DNA of 64,000 nt from Mobula hypostoma (Eukaryota). The position numbers and the translations under genes were made by a program. Positions 1 to 13,233 of the stretch are shown piece after piece. The first letter of the stretch is position 1, and each line of letters opens with the position of its first letter. The notes below the pieces were generated by a model. That model did no database searches. It saw nothing but the letters and a program-made list of their open reading frames with translations, and was not told the origin of the DNA. The stretch covers positions 45,136,001 to 45,200,000 of the forward strand of contig NC_086112.1 of NCBI RefSeq assembly GCF_963921235.1, in the 5' to 3' direction.

Positions 1-110
1 ATGTGTGTGTGTGAGTGTGTGATTGTGTGTGTGTGAGTGTGTGAGTGTGAGTGTGTGTGCGTGTGTGTGAGAGTGTGTGTGTGAGTGTGTGTGAGTGTGT
101 GTGTGTGTGT
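1..110. repeat. Imperfect (GT)n microsatellite in FBP2 intron 1, abutting a Penelope 3' tail remnant (to ~143)
   Basis: Visible GT/GA dinucleotide run followed by ttgctctggatttccagcatttgcagga, which matches the Penelope tails elsewhere in the window. Confidence 0.9.
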
Positions 111-281
111 TGCTCTGGATTTCCAGCATTTGCAGGATTTCTGAGAAAAACAGAAACCATTGATTTCTCTCTGAATATAGAGTATATTTTCTAAGCACGA
201 TTAAACAAACTGCATGCATCTGCTTACTTTGCAACACATTGCAGTTGTAGTATACAAGCTAACCAAAGGCCAAGGACTCAC

Positions 282-451
282 ATATGGGCAAGACCAGCCT
301 TCCTCACGGCACAAGAGATGGCCTTGATTGCAGTTAGCAGAGAATTCAGAAGCTGAGTGAACTCCCCCGTCCCCTTTGCTTTCCTTCCCTGTTCCATTAC
401 AAATCGAGTCATGGTTTCCACATCAACGTCAAAAGGCGACTGGTCCGACAT
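282..451 (-). CDS. FBP2: Fructose-1,6-bisphosphatase 2 (muscle isozyme), coding exon 1; the rest of the gene lies beyond the window start
   Basis: [56 protein letters not shown]; Kozak GCCACAATG; 170-nt exon ending at donor GTGAGT (281), the same length and phase as vertebrate FBP exon 1; LTAIK/AGLAH residues are FBP2-type; same strand and downstream of FBP1, as in mammals. Confidence 0.9.
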
Positions 452-523
452 TGTGGCAATATTCCTTTCTCTTCTGCAGTTGCAGCCGTAGTGAAGCACA
501 GTGGAAGTATCGGACTGGAGAAT

Positions 524-566
524 CTATTTAAAGTCCCCGTTGGTAAGCCAGCACTGAACAGCTGTT
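524..566 (-). promoter_or_regulatory. Putative FBP2 proximal promoter: TATA/MEF2-like CTTTAAATAG (524-533) and palindromic myogenic E-box AACAGCTGTT (557-566)
   Basis: Motifs 73-115 nt upstream of the ATG; consistent with a muscle isozyme; motif match only. Confidence 0.55.
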
Positions 567-3500
567 GGAACTATGCAATCAAGACTGAAGTCAGTCAGAG
601 GTTGGAACATGCATACTGTTTTGACAGACATGTCTCCCACCAGCAGGGAAGATATAAGACATTGTCAAATTGAAGTTAATTCAGGATCTTTTGTAGCACC
701 TCACTAGGTATCACCCAGTAGGTAAATGCTAAATTGACAACTGTATGTAACTAAACTACCTTTGTTAAACCAAAAGCAGTTGCAAATGTCAGAAGGTGTA
801 TCTGTTCCAGGGATGACTTCAGTAAAAGACTACAGAATATGTTAACATCATGCTGCTTTGAAAGGTCGACTTTTTTTGTCTTGTGCCATGTGTGCAGTAA
901 AGAACTGGCACGAGAAAGGAACTCACCCCGACTGAAAATGCCAGACTTCTTCAGTGACAGACTGGAAAGCTTTTCTCTGTAACTATATCTGGAGATAACA
1001 TTTAGCTAAGTGATATGCAGTCACTGCAGAGAACCCAAGCTGAGATCTGTAGGTGAGCAGAGTGTGTTCCGCACTGCCCGCTGGAGCCCAATGGGTGAGC
1101 AGCGCCTTCACGTCAGACTTCACTCCCACAACACGACCACGCTCCATCTCCTATCATCCACGGGTCTTCTGGGCCACCGGCAAGTGTGATTTCAGTTTGC
1201 TAACCACAAAGTTCTAATCTGAAACGAAAACCTTAAGCCCTATCTGATATAGATGGCTACAGGTACCCTCATTAAAGGGGAAGTTACACTGTAGCCAATT
1301 ACTCTTCAAAAAGTAGTTCACTCGCCTGTTTATCCTTCACAGCAAGTTTAGCTACCAACAGCCTCTATTTGAGCAGTGGGTCACCTCTCTGTACCAAGGA
1401 GGAGATACTTCCAGCTGGCAAAGTAGATTAAGCACAGTTCATTTATTTTTGGTGATTCATGTTTAAGTCCAGACAAAACTCACAAAGCACATTTAAATCT
1501 CACAGGGGATTTTTATCTTATAAAAGATGTCCAAATTACAAAAATTGTCTAAAACTGGAAGGATTTCTGAAACACAGATACAATTCCTGTAAGCTAAAAA
1601 GACATACAAGTGCTGCAGGTGGATAAATTGTCCATCACAGAAATTGAAGTCAGCGGAATGGATTCTAGTCACCAGTCTTTCTGTCCTTCTTCTTGATATT
1701 CCTTAATCATTCCTGATGAGCATGAACTGCTTGATACATTTATACTGCTTCTCTGTCACTTGCGTGACTTCAAGCAGACATGATATTTTGTCAGAAACCC
1801 TTTTTACACAGTCTAAGGCTACCTCTCTAAGCATACAAACCTTTAACTATTAACAGCATACAACTATTAACAGGTCAGCTATTTGATATGATGTGTGATA
1901 GTATCCATCTGGTCTGCAAGCTTCCTTGAACTAAATGACTAAGACATGTTGTCTGGTTTGAAACAAGCCCATTTAAATAACCCCATTGTCTTACACTCCC
2001 TCTCAGTCCAGGTGCTGTGGCCAGTATCCTGTGATCAATAGGCAGTGTGTCTGTTTGCAAAGCTGTTCTTTTAACTTCAAACTGATTACTGCTTGACTTT
2101 TACATTAACAACTGAAGATTGGCTCCCATTTATGACAACATGCTAAACAAAGAATATTGGTTGGATGTTTATCTTACTGAAAAAACAACCCTTGATCTCT
2201 AAAAGTTTCAGCTGCTAGGCTAGACATCTTTGCTTGGCAAAAAAAAAATGCCCCCTGTCCCTGGACTTTGAATATCCATCACACAAGGAAACATCTTCAA
2301 ATTTTAAAAAACGGTGCCATCTCATTTTGTGTAACAAAACCTGAAATTATTTGGCCTTGAATTTCCATTCTGAGCATAGCATTGACAAATTTCTTCTTGG
2401 TGAATGTCACTTATCTGAGAAAATTGTCCCATCCAGAAGGGAACAACAAATACCCCATTTTAGCAGCTGCCCATATATAGCAAATACTTGGCCCAGAATT
2501 TCTGGTCCTAGACTGACACAAGTGTTTTGTGATTCAGAAGCACTGGCTGTATCCATCACCTACTTAAATAAATAGCTCCAAAACTGAAACGGATCATCTC
2601 TTGAATTGCCTTTATCTCTTCCTTTGCTCTTTTATTCTCAGTATCTTTCTCTTTGAGTATCTTTCTGTTCACAAAGGCTTGTTTTTACATCATTTCCATT
2701 TCAGAACATCCTAAAGCAATTTACAACCTGTAAAATATTTCTGTTGTCATGTTAGAAACATAGCAGCAAATTAGAACACAACCAGCATCAATGTAAAGTG
2801 TTAGCAGTTCATGAGGGACTGTGGTTGAATGGATGCCCATATCCTTTACAAGGTGGCCATACTTCTTCTATAAAGATTTTCTATTCTGCTCTTTGTCCAA
2901 TGCATTAACAGCCATCTTACCACAGTTCCACGGGCACTGACTTGTCTCTGTGCCTTAGCCAAGGGTGGTGTCCACAGCGAGGCATCAACTTTTCAGCCAC
3001 AAAGAAGTTAAAGGCCTTCTAGACTATATTAAATGTGCAGGGAAACACCACCAAGAAACACAATACTATCTCATTTTGTGAAACAAAGATTTCCAATCTG
3101 GTCAACCTGCTCTGAGCAAAGTTAGGGTATTCCAGTGAAGGGGCATTATAGCCAAGATCAATCCTGTCTTCTTTTCACAATAAGCCGAATGCATTTGCAC
3201 CCTAATGTAAGCCAATTTACAGTCAAGGCCATTGAATATCATATAGGGGTAAAACTCTTGGGAAGGGAGTCAACACTATTCATGTCAAAATATTCACACT
3301 AATTGTAAAAAAACGAAGCCGGCACTGACAGGAATCTTCTGAGTGCACAGCCCTGTTGGATGCATTTCCTAACGAAGCCATCAGGAGCTGCAAGTCTAGG
3401 TTGTCAATAACAGGGCAGCCAACCGTAAAGGATATTGTATATGTACATGTCCATCTGTAAGTTCAAGTCGGCTGTTGTAAGGCATTACTTAGAGGGTAAT

Positions 3501-5090
3501 TAGGAGATCGTGTGTTCATATCTCCTCGGCTTGATGCCCATAGCTGGGTTCCTGAGAGGTCAGTCACTGCAGCTGAAGATCTGAATTCCAAACAGCAGAG
3601 TCACCAACGAGACATGTGGCCTCAAAATTCTGTCAGGTTGGACAGCTTTCTTGTGAGGTAAGAAATTCCAATCCGGGACTTAATGAGCAACCCATCCAGT
3701 TCTTGGATTTCTTTCAGGGTCTTCAACATGTCTGATGCATGAACACAAAGAGGCAGTTATATTTGTACAGTGGTGCCCAGTGCAGCTGTGTGTCATCGCT
3801 CACAGATAGCACAGACACTGAATGTCCCATGTGCACCACTGGAAAACAGCATCACATAGACACACTGTAAGTGACGCAAAGCATTTACACCATGACAATT
3901 CTCCATTGCGTTGGGCCAAGCCTAGTCTCCACAGTCCAAAATTTCCCCAAATCAGTCGTCGCCCCAGACACCCTCATAGCTCGCCACTAAGTCACTACAT
4001 TAACAATGGAGTCTGACTTAGAAGCATCCACTCATAATGCCATGGATGGTAATTTCACTCCTGCCAAGCACGTACAACTCCAACACCCTAGCCTAACCCT
4101 GAAGATTCTGTTCCGGCTCTGCCTAATGTCCTGAACCTCCCTGCATCCTCTAAGCTTTCCTACACCATGAGCAAACTCTATTCTCCTCTGGCATTGCAAT
4201 GTGAGTGAAGGAAGAGCCATTGAGGGGTTAACTGAGAAAGTCCCATTCTACTGCACACAACAGCTTTGATCTCATGAATTTTGAAGTGGCGAACCTGCAA
4301 AACAAGTCGGCTCATCATACACCACACTGTAAGGTTCTCTTACAGGAGTTGAGTCACTTTTGATATCCACAGTAATCAGTCTGGATTCATTCCTCTGTTC
4401 ACCAGTATTATTTGAGCACATGCAAGGAGGCTACCCAGATACGCAGTTCCACAATGGCTTAAACTCATACAATCATTATTCTACCATAAGCATAATAACA
4501 TGTGTTACCAGGCTCAATGACTGCATCTATCCCACCATTATAAAACTCCTGAATGGACCTCTCAAATACATGTCAAAATGAACTTCTGACCTCACCATCT
4601 ACTTCGAGATGACCTTGCACTTTATTTGTCTACCTGCTTTGCACTTTCTCTGTTACTGTAACATTATAAAACCGTAAGACATAGGAGCACAATTAGGCCA
4701 CCTGGACCATTGAATCTGCTCAACAATTCCATCGTGGCTGATTTATTTTCCCTCTTAACCTTATTCTCCTGCCTGTTCCCTATAACCTTTAGCACCCTGA
4801 TTAATCAAGAACCTATCAAACTCTGCCTTACATGTACCCAATGACTTGGCCTGCTCAGCCGTCTGTGGCAATGAATTCCACATCAAAAGTGCCTCATATG
4901 TTAACCCCTTCATTCCTGGGATCATTCTCATGAACCTCCTCTGGATCCTCTCTCCAATGTCAGCACATCTTTTCTTAGACGAAGAACCCAAAACTGCTCA
5001 CAATACTCCAAGTGCTGACCAACGCTTTAACAAGCCTCAGCACTACATTCTTGCTCTTGTATTCTAGTCCACTCAACATGAGTAACATTG

Positions 5091-7182
5091 ACCCCACTAA
5101 GGAGCACCAGGCTATTGTCTCCCACACCATCACTGACTTTATCCACTCAGGGGATCTCCCATCCACTACTACCAACCTTATAGTTCCCACACCCCGCACT
5201 TCCCGTTTCTACCTCCTACCCAAGATCCACAAACCTGCCTGTCCTGGCCGACCTATTGTCTCAGCTTGCTCCTGCCCCACCGAACTCATTTCTGCATACC
5301 TCGACACGGTTTCATCCCCCGTTGTTCAATCGCATCCTACCTATGTTCGTGACTCTTCTCACGCTCTGAAACTTTTCGATGATTTTAAGGTCCCTGGCCC
5401 CCACCGCTTTATTTTCACCATGGATGTCCAGTCCCTATATACTTCCATCCCCCATCAGGAAGGTCTCAAAGCTCTCCGCTTCTTTTTGGATTCCAGATCT
5501 AATCAGTTCCCCTCTACCACCACTCTGCTCCGTTTAGCGGAATTAGTGCTTACTCTTAATAATTTCTCTTTTGGCTCCTCCCACTTCCTCTAATCTAAAG
5601 GGGTAGCTATGGGCACCCGTATGGGTCCTAGCTATGCCTGCCTTTTTGTTGGCTTTGTGGAACACTCTATGTTCCGAACCTATTCTGGTATCCGTCCCCC
5701 ACTTTTCCTTTGCTACATCGACGACTGCATTGGCGCTGCTTCCTGCATGCATGCTGAGCTCGTTGACTTTATTAACTTTGCCTCCAACTTTCACCCTGCC
5801 CTCAAGTTTACCTGATCCATTTCTGACACCTCCCTCCCCTTTCTAGATCTTTCTGTCTCTGTCTCTGGAGACAGCTTATCCACTGATGTCTACTATAAGC
5901 CTACTGACTCTCACAGCTATCTGGACTATTCCTCTTCTCACCCTGTCTCTTGCAAAAATGCCATCCCCTTCTCGCAATTCCTCCGTTTCCGCCGCATCTG
6001 CTCTCAGGATGAGGCTTTTCATTCCAGGACGAGGGAGATGTCCTCCTTTTTTAAAGAAAGGGGCTTCCCTTCCTCCACTATCAACTCTGCTCTCAAACGC
6101 ATCTCCCCCATTTCACGCGCATCTGCTCTCACTCCATCTTCCCGCCACCCCACTAGGAATAGGGTTCCCCTGGTCCTCACCTACCACCCCACCAGCCTCC
6201 GGGTCCAACATATTATTCTCCATAACTTCCGCCACCTCCAACGGGATCCCACCACTAAGCATATCTTTCCCTACCCCCCCCCCGCTTTCCGCAAGGATCA
6301 CTTGCTACGCAAATCCCTTGTCCATTCGTCCCCTCCATCTCTCCCCATTGATCTCCCTCCTGGCACTTATCCTTGTAAGCAGAACAAGTGCTACACATGC
6401 CCTTACACTTCCTCCCTTACCACCATTCAGGGCCCCAGACAGTCCTTCCAGGTGAGGCGACACTTCACCTGTGAGTCGGCTGGGGTGATATACTGCGTCC
6501 GGTGCTCCCGATGTGGCCTTCTATATATTGGCGAGGCCCGACGCAGACTGGGAGACCGTTTTGCTGAACACCTACGCTCTGTCCACCAGAGAAAGCAGGA
6601 TCTCCCAGTGGCCACACATTTTAATTCCACATCCCATTCCCATTCTGACATGTCTATCCACGGCCTCCTCTACTGTAAAGATGAAGCCACACTCAGGTTA
6701 GAGGAACAACACCTTATATTCCATCTGGGTAGCCTCCAACCTGATGGCATGAACATTGACTTCTCTAACTTCCACTAATGCCCCACCTCCCCCTCGTACC
6801 CCATCCGTTATTTATCTTTATACACACATTCTTTCTCTCTCTCTCCTTTTTCTCCCTCTGTCCCTCTGAATATACCCCTTGCCCATCCTCTGGGTTTCCC
6901 CCCCCCCGCCCACTTTTCCTTCTCCCTGGGCCTCCTGTCTCATGATCCTCTCATATCCCTTTTGCCAATCACCTGTCCAGCTCTTTGCTCTATCTCTCTC
7001 CCTCCTGTCTTCTCCTATCATTTTGGATCTCCCCCTCCCCCTCCCACTTTCAAATCTCTTACTAGCTCTTCCTTCAGTTAGTCCTGACGAAGGGTTTCGG
7101 CCTGAAACGTCGACTGTACCTCTTCACCAGCAACTTTGATGTGTGTTGCTTGAATTTCCAGCATCTGCAGAATTCCTCGTGT
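5091..7182 (+). mobile_element. Penelope-like retroelement (RT + GIY-YIG endonuclease), 5'-truncated, two nonsense codons
   Basis: One frame 5091-6778: FYLLPKIHK, FTMDVQSLYTSIP, MGTRMGPSYA, YIDD, then VIYCVRCSRCGLLYIGE (GIY-YIG); stops at 5591 and 5813; imperfect 8-bp TSD taaca[t/c]tg (5083-5090 / 7183-7190). Confidence 0.92.
7080..7115 (+). ncRNA. Minimal type-I hammerhead ribozyme motif in Penelope 3' region
   Basis: AGTC-CTGACGA-AGG(gtttcgg)CCT-GAAAC-GTC|GACT: stem I AGTC/GACT, both core boxes, stem II; stem III reduced to the palindromic ACGT. Confidence 0.75.
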
Positions 7183-7465
7183 TAACACTGCATTTGCTTT
7201 CCTTACCACTGACTCAATCTGCAAGTTAACATCTAGATAACCCTGCATGAGGACTCCAAAGTCCCTTTGCACCTCTGAGTTTTCTTTTTTTTCTCCATTT
7301 AGAACATTGTCCACACCTTTATTCCTTGCTTTAGAAACCTGTATCAACCATTCCTCTGGCAGCCTATACAGTACACTGACTACCCTATTGGTGAGAAAAA
7401 GCCGTCCTTCAGGTTCTATGAAATCTCTCCCTTTCCAGCTTAAACCTATGTCTTCTAGTACTGGA

Positions 7466-7607
7466 TAGGTTAATCAGTCATTGTAAATTGTCCCTTGATT
7501 AGGTTAAGATTAATCAGGTTTGTTGGAGGTTGCTGGGGCAACGTGACTCAAAGGGCCAGCAGGACCTACTCCACACTGTATCACTAAAAATAAGAAATAA
7601 AAATAAA
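7466..7607 (+). mobile_element. HE1/V-SINE-like SINE 3' half
   Basis: Matches the reverse complement of the SINEs at 29.7 kb and 31.6 kb; A-rich tail. Confidence 0.6.
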
Positions 7608-7694
7608 TTCCCCTTCTGAGATATTCTGTATTCTGTTTTTTCCCTCCTTTTGTACGACCTTAATGTACTTATGTATAGAATGATGAGTCTGAAG

Positions 7695-8915
7695 GGGTTG
7701 TCTTTCAAGAGGGTGAAGCCTCACAAGGAAATAGGCCCTGATGGAGTAACTGGTAGGCTCAGAAAACCTGAGCCAACCAACTGGTGGGGTGTTCAATAAC
7801 ATTTTCAGTCTCTCGTTGCTACAGTCAGAAGTTCCAACCTGCTTCAACAGGGCAACAATTGTACCAGTACCCAAGAAGAGCAGGGTGAGTAGCCTTAATG
7901 ACTACCATCCAGTAGCACTCACATCTATGGTGATGAAACGCTTTGGGAGGTTGGTCATGGCTAGAATCAACTCCTGCCTCAGCAAGAATCTGGACCCACT
8001 GCAATTTGCCTATCACCACAATGGGTCTATTGTGGGTGCAATCTCATTGGTTCTTCACCCAGCCTTGGATCACCTGGGCAACGCTAATACCTATGTCAAG
8101 ATGCTGTTTATTGAGCAGAGTTCCGCATTTAACACAATCATCCCTCTGGTTCTGATTGAAAAGCTCCAGAGCTGGGCCTGTGTACGTCCCTCTACAACTG
8201 GATCCTTGACTTCCTAACCGGAAGACCACAGTCTGTGCAGATCCGAAACAGCAATCATCACTGGTGCACCTCAGGGATGTGTGCTTAGCCCACTGCTCTA
8301 CTCTCTCTACACCCATGACTGTGTGGCTAGGCACAGCTGAAATGCCATCTATAAATTTGCTGATGATACAACCATTGTTGGCAGAATCTCAGAAGGTGAC
8401 GAGAGGGCGTACAGAAGCAAGATATGCCAGCCAGTTGAATGGTGTCGCAGCAACAACTTTGTTTAATGTCAGTAAGACCAAAGAACTGATTGTGGGCTTC
8501 AGAAAGTGTAAGACGAGGGAACACATACCAGTCCTCACAGAAGGATCAGAAGGGAAAAGAGTGAGCAATTTCAAATTCCTTGGTGTCAATATCTCTGAGG
8601 ACCTAACTTGGTCCCAACATACTGATGCAATTATAAAGAAGGCAGGTCAGCAGTTATACTTCATTAGGAGTCTGAGAGGAATTGATATGTCATCAAAAAC
8701 ACTTGGAAAATTTCTACAGATGTACCATGGAGAGCATTCCAACTGGCTGCATCATCATCTGGTATGGGGTCGCAAAAGAGTGAAGGCAGACACTTAACGA
8801 TTCAGGAACAGCTACTTCATCTGCTATCCAGTTTCTGAATGGACATTGAACCTATGAACGCTATGTCACTAATTTTATTTCTATTTTTGCACTACTTATT
8901 TAATTTAACTATTTT
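7695..8915 (+). mobile_element. Rex1/Babar-type LINE, decayed; its 3' UTR continues at ~13007-13135 and 16044-16055 after nested insertions
   Basis: RT peptides [45 protein letters not shown]; 3' end gatattaaacc...gattctgactctga. Confidence 0.8.
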
Positions 8916-8917
8916 TT

Positions 8918-11900
8918 TCTTGGGTCCTTTTGCAGAGGTCTGGGAGCTTGAGCGTTTGGCGTAGTGTCCTTGCTGTTCCTAGTGTTGCACTCTTCTGGCC
9001 CAAGATCTCAGATGTTGTCCCCGGGATTTGTTGGAGCCATTCTCCCAGTCCAGATGTCACAGCTCCAAGTGCTCCTATCACTGCCGGGATTACTCTGGCT
9101 TTAGCTTTCCACATCCCTTCTATTTGCTCTTTCAATCACTGGTATTTTTCTAGTTTCTCATATTCCTCCTGATGTTCCTGTCATTTGGGATTGCCACATC
9201 TATTACTATTGCTTTCTTCTGTTCCTTGTCCAGTATTACCATGCCTGGTGTCTGGTTGGTTGGCCAGTACCTATCATCATGTATTTGAAGTGCCACAGAA
9301 TCTCAGCTCTGTCATTCTCCAGTACCATCTCAGTTGTTTCCCATTTGGACTTAGGAGAGTCCAATCCATGCTCAGTGCAGATGTTCCTGTACACAATTCC
9401 TGCAACTTGGTTGTGCCATTCAGTGTATGCTGTACCTGCCTGCATCTTGCACCCTGCTGCCATGTGTTGGATGGTGTCAGCGGATTCCTTGCACAGTCTG
9501 CATCTTGGGTCCTGTCTGGTGTGGTAGACCCCTGCTTCTATTGCTCTTGTGCTCAGTATCTGTTCCTGTGCAGCTGTGAGCAGTGATTCTGTGCTGTCCC
9601 TCAGCCTTGCCATTTGCAGCCAATGGTGGCACTTTCTTATGTCAGTAACCTCTGATATCTGGCGATGGTACATCCCGTGCAATGGCTTGTCCTGTCATGG
9701 CCTCTGGTCCTCTGGCTCTGCTTCACCCACTTCCATTTCCATGTCCCCTGCCTGCTGTCTGAGGTATTCTCCAAGTTGTCCTTAGGGTCATCTTCCTGAA
9801 ATACTCAAGGATGTTTCACATTTCTTCCAGGACTGTGGCCTTGACACTTCCAAGTCCCCATCCTCCTTTATTCCTGTGGATGTACAGTCACTCGACATTG
9901 GGTGTTGGATGGAATCTTCCATGTATTGTTAGTAGTTTTGGGGTCTTGATGTCAGCAGCTTCCAGTTCATTCCTTGGCCAGCACACTATTGTGGCTGCGT
10001 ATCTGATGACTGGTAGGAGGAGTGTGTTGATGGCTCTCACCTTGTTCTTCCCATTCAGTTGGTTTTTGAGGATCTATCTTACTCTTTGGAGGTAGTTGGA
10101 TGTTGCAGCCTTCCTTGTGTCCTCATCGTGGCATCCATGTACCTGCAGGATCCCCAGGTGTTTGTAGTTGTCCTGTATATTTGGTATGTGGCCTTCAGGT
10201 AACCTGACTCCTTAGTGTTGATGCGTTTGCCTGTTTTCACCACCATCCAGCTGCAGTTTTCCAGTCCAGATGACATCCCGATGTCTCTGCTGTTCACCCT
10301 TGTCAGTGGATTAGTCTCTTTCATTTCTGGCATACAGCTTGATGTCGTCCATGTACAGCAGATGGCTGATGCTCACTCCACTCTTGAACCTATACCCATA
10401 TCGACACTTGAAATGATCTGGCTGAGGGGGTATCAGCACTGGGGATAGTGCTTCACCCTGGTCTATTCCACATCTGATGGACACTTGTGCTATTGGCTTT
10501 AAGTTAACTTCTAGCATTGTCCTCCAATGACCCATTGAGTTCTTGATGAAGGTCCTTAGTGTTTGTTGACCTTGTACAGAGACAGGCATTCCAGCATGAG
10601 GCGGGGGAAGAAGATGGTAGTGCGATGCGCGCGCGCAGCTCTCCGGTGAAAATGATATAATTTCTGTTAAATAGGGGCCGTGGACAATTCTGATTTGATG
10701 GAGACAGACGTGAAAGCACAGAGGAACATCTGGAGAAATTTCTGAAACGCTGGTTCGCTGCCGCTGTTACTGGGCGATCAAGAATCTTCCGGAGGCAAGG
10801 CCCCCAAATCCCCGGCTTTGCCTGCTGCTGGCGACCGAGGCTGAGGTTGAATCGTTCGGATAGAGATAGTGCTCGGTACTCGATGTTGGAGGGCTGATCG
10901 GAGGCTCAAATTTTTCGGACGACTCAGAGTCGGACTGTGGTTGGGCATGGCAGGGAAAGTTTTCTTCCTTCTCCCGTCTGCATGAGATGTGGGACTTTTG
11001 AGAGACTTTGAACTCTTTTACTGTGCCATGGCCTGTTCTTCATCAAGTTATGGTATTGTTGCACTGTTGTAACTATATGTTATAATTATGTGGTTTTTGT
11101 TAGTTTTTCAGTCTTGGTCTGTCCTGTGTTTTTGTGATATCACACCAGAGGAATATCGTATCATTTCTTAATGCATGTATTACTAAATGACAATAAAAGA
11201 GGACTGCGTGTCCTCATAATCTAATCTAATCTAATCCCTATGTGGGGCACTGAGTCATATGCTTTCTGGTAGTTGATCCAAGTTGTGCTTAGGTTGGTTT
11301 GCCTGGTCTTGGAGTCTTGTTTTGTCTACCAGTGGTGCTTGAAGCCTATGGTTCCATTGTCAATCCCCCTCTGAGCAGGGCTCAGGAATTTACACACATG
11401 TTCCTTCAATTTGGTGGCTATGATGCCTGATAGGAGCTTCCATGTGGTTGACAGGCAGGTTATAGGCTGGTAGTTTGATGGTGGTGTTCCTTTGTGAGGA
11501 CCCTTCATTGTGAGTACTGTCCTTCCTTGAGCTAACCAGTCAGGGTGGGAGCCTGCTTCTAGCAGCCGGTTCATTTGACCTGCCAATCATATATGTACTG
11601 CTGTTCATTTCTTCAAGCCAATAGGTGTGGATCATGTCAGGCCCTGGTGATGTCCAGTTCTTCATACTTCATATTACCCGTTGCTAGACATCTACTGTTG
11701 TGATGGTGACTGGTTCTTCCTCCGAGAGGTTGCAGAGACTTACTTGTAGTTCTTTCAGCCACTGGGCACTGGTGTTATGTGATGCTTCTTTCTCCCATGT
11801 ACTCCTTCAGTACTCCTCACTTCCCTTTTCGGTTGGTTCAAGTACTGGCATGTTGTTGCTCTGGAAATGTGCGAAAACTTTTCCTGGTGTTTTGGAAAAG

Positions 11901-12920
11901 AGTGCACTTATTCGCCTGGGCCTCTGCATCTTTAGTGTACCTCTGTAGTCTTGTAGCCAGAGAGGTTAACCATTGCTTGGCAGTTTCCAGGGTTTCGGCT
12001 ATGGACATACCTCTGCACTTTCTTAGTAGCCGAGATGAGTCTTTGGTCTTCCCACCTTTCTGCAGCTCAGTTAGTCTGCTGATCTCCGCCCTTGTGGTTT
12101 TCATCTTGGCTTCCAATCCTTGTCTCGGGAGTGAGGGGGGCAAGTTATTATAGCACTTATTCTCCGCTGTATTTCATTTTGTAGCCCAGCATTTCTAGGA
12201 CCGTTGGTGCAGCTGATACATATATCAAATTATTGATCTCAGTTCTGTTGGAGGTTGTGATTGTGAGTCATATTTCATTGGCTGCTTCTAGCATGCTGCC
12301 TGATGGAATTTTATCACCAAGTCCAGGGAGCCTAGTTCAGTGATTGACAGTCGCCGTTTTAGCTGTGATTTCTCTGGTTGCAGCAACCAGCGGCGATATG
12401 CCCCGAGGTGAGGTTCGAACTTGCATTTCCCGTGTACAAGGTGATACATTTATCTTTGCGTCGTCTGTGAGTTGTGGAGGTGGGGTTTGAACTCACGTTT
12501 CCTGATCAGCACGGTTCTACGGTAAAGTTGCTGTGTGGTTGTATGTCTTCCAATTCAAGATGTGATAGCAATCCTCTGTTGACAGTAACTGATTGCTGGA
12601 TAACCAGTTGTTTTTCCGTGAAGCAGGCCGATGATCTTTGTTGTTGCCAGAGTCCCCACGTGTGCTTGATGTATCCTCTGTCATGTGGGTTGCTGTTAAA
12701 GTAGCATTCCATTAATTCTATGCTGTCCAGTCTTCTTGTCCATTTATGGTTTGTTCCATTTCTCAGTAGATGGAATCTGTTCCCCAACCACTGGCGCAGA
12801 CCTTGTTCATCCGGACGATGTCTGAGCTGGCATGACTCTTCTTGTTCTTGTCAGTCTCATCTGAAGGTTTTTGTGGACAGATGTAGCACAATGTGAGGGG
12901 TCCTGTCCAAGATCCCTACC
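8918..12920 (-). mobile_element. R4/Dong (Rex6-like) non-LTR retrotransposon with restriction-like endonuclease; near full length, heavily frameshifted
   Basis: RT motifs (YQPITCLSTTWKLLSGII, GIDQGEALSP, SHLLYMDDIKLYA); zinc knuckle CRLC...TIQH...C; HNQVAGIV; C-terminal VIPAVIGALG...QKSATLGTARTLR. Confidence 0.85.
10598..11235 (+). mobile_element. Young ~640-bp non-coding (non-autonomous) retroposon inserted in the R4 element
   Basis: Interrupts the R4 RT (YDSVPH..MLEC) cleanly; CpG-rich head gggggaagaagatgg..., caataaa signal, (TAATC)n tail. Confidence 0.7.
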
Positions 12921-13233
12921 AGGCCGTCACCCCCGGGACCTGAACCCCAGACCCCTGCGCCGCGGAGCCCGGACTGTTCCCGGTGTCAGCCTGGCGGCCT
13001 CGGAAGTGTGTGTGTGAGTGTGTATATACTTACCGTCATTCACAGTTTTCTCTCCATTATCATGTATGTACTGCATTGTACGGCTGCCACAAAATCAACA
13101 AATTTCTCAACATGTGCCGGTGATATTAAACCAGAAAACAACAGGAATTCTGCAGATGCTGGAAATTCAAGCAACACACATCAAAGTTGCTGGTGAACGC
13201 AGCAGGCCAGGCAGCATCTCTAGGAAGAGGTAC

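Larger units (their letters stand above)
4672..7330 (-). mobile_element. Decayed CR1 LINE 3' fragment, split by a Penelope insertion (CR1 parts ~4672-5090 and 7183-7330)
   Basis: RT C-terminal peptides (IQRRFMRMIPGMKGLTYE, WNSLPQ, KGYREQAGE); CR1 sequence resumes after the Penelope. Confidence 0.8.

Noticed and set aside
452-499. N-terminal extension of the FBP2 ORF in the ORF track (MLHYGCNC...)
   Set aside because: Starts at a non-AUG codon; the homologous start is the Kozak ATG at 451. The same applies to 53350-53421 for FBP1.
3200-4400. Possible ancient repeat or exon upstream of FBP2
   Set aside because: No recognisable protein motif or splice pattern that I can support by eye
12900-13006. 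Canonical HDV-like ribozyme call
   Set aside because: P3/L3 spacing and the J4/2 catalytic strand do not fit; kept only as an unexplained structured block
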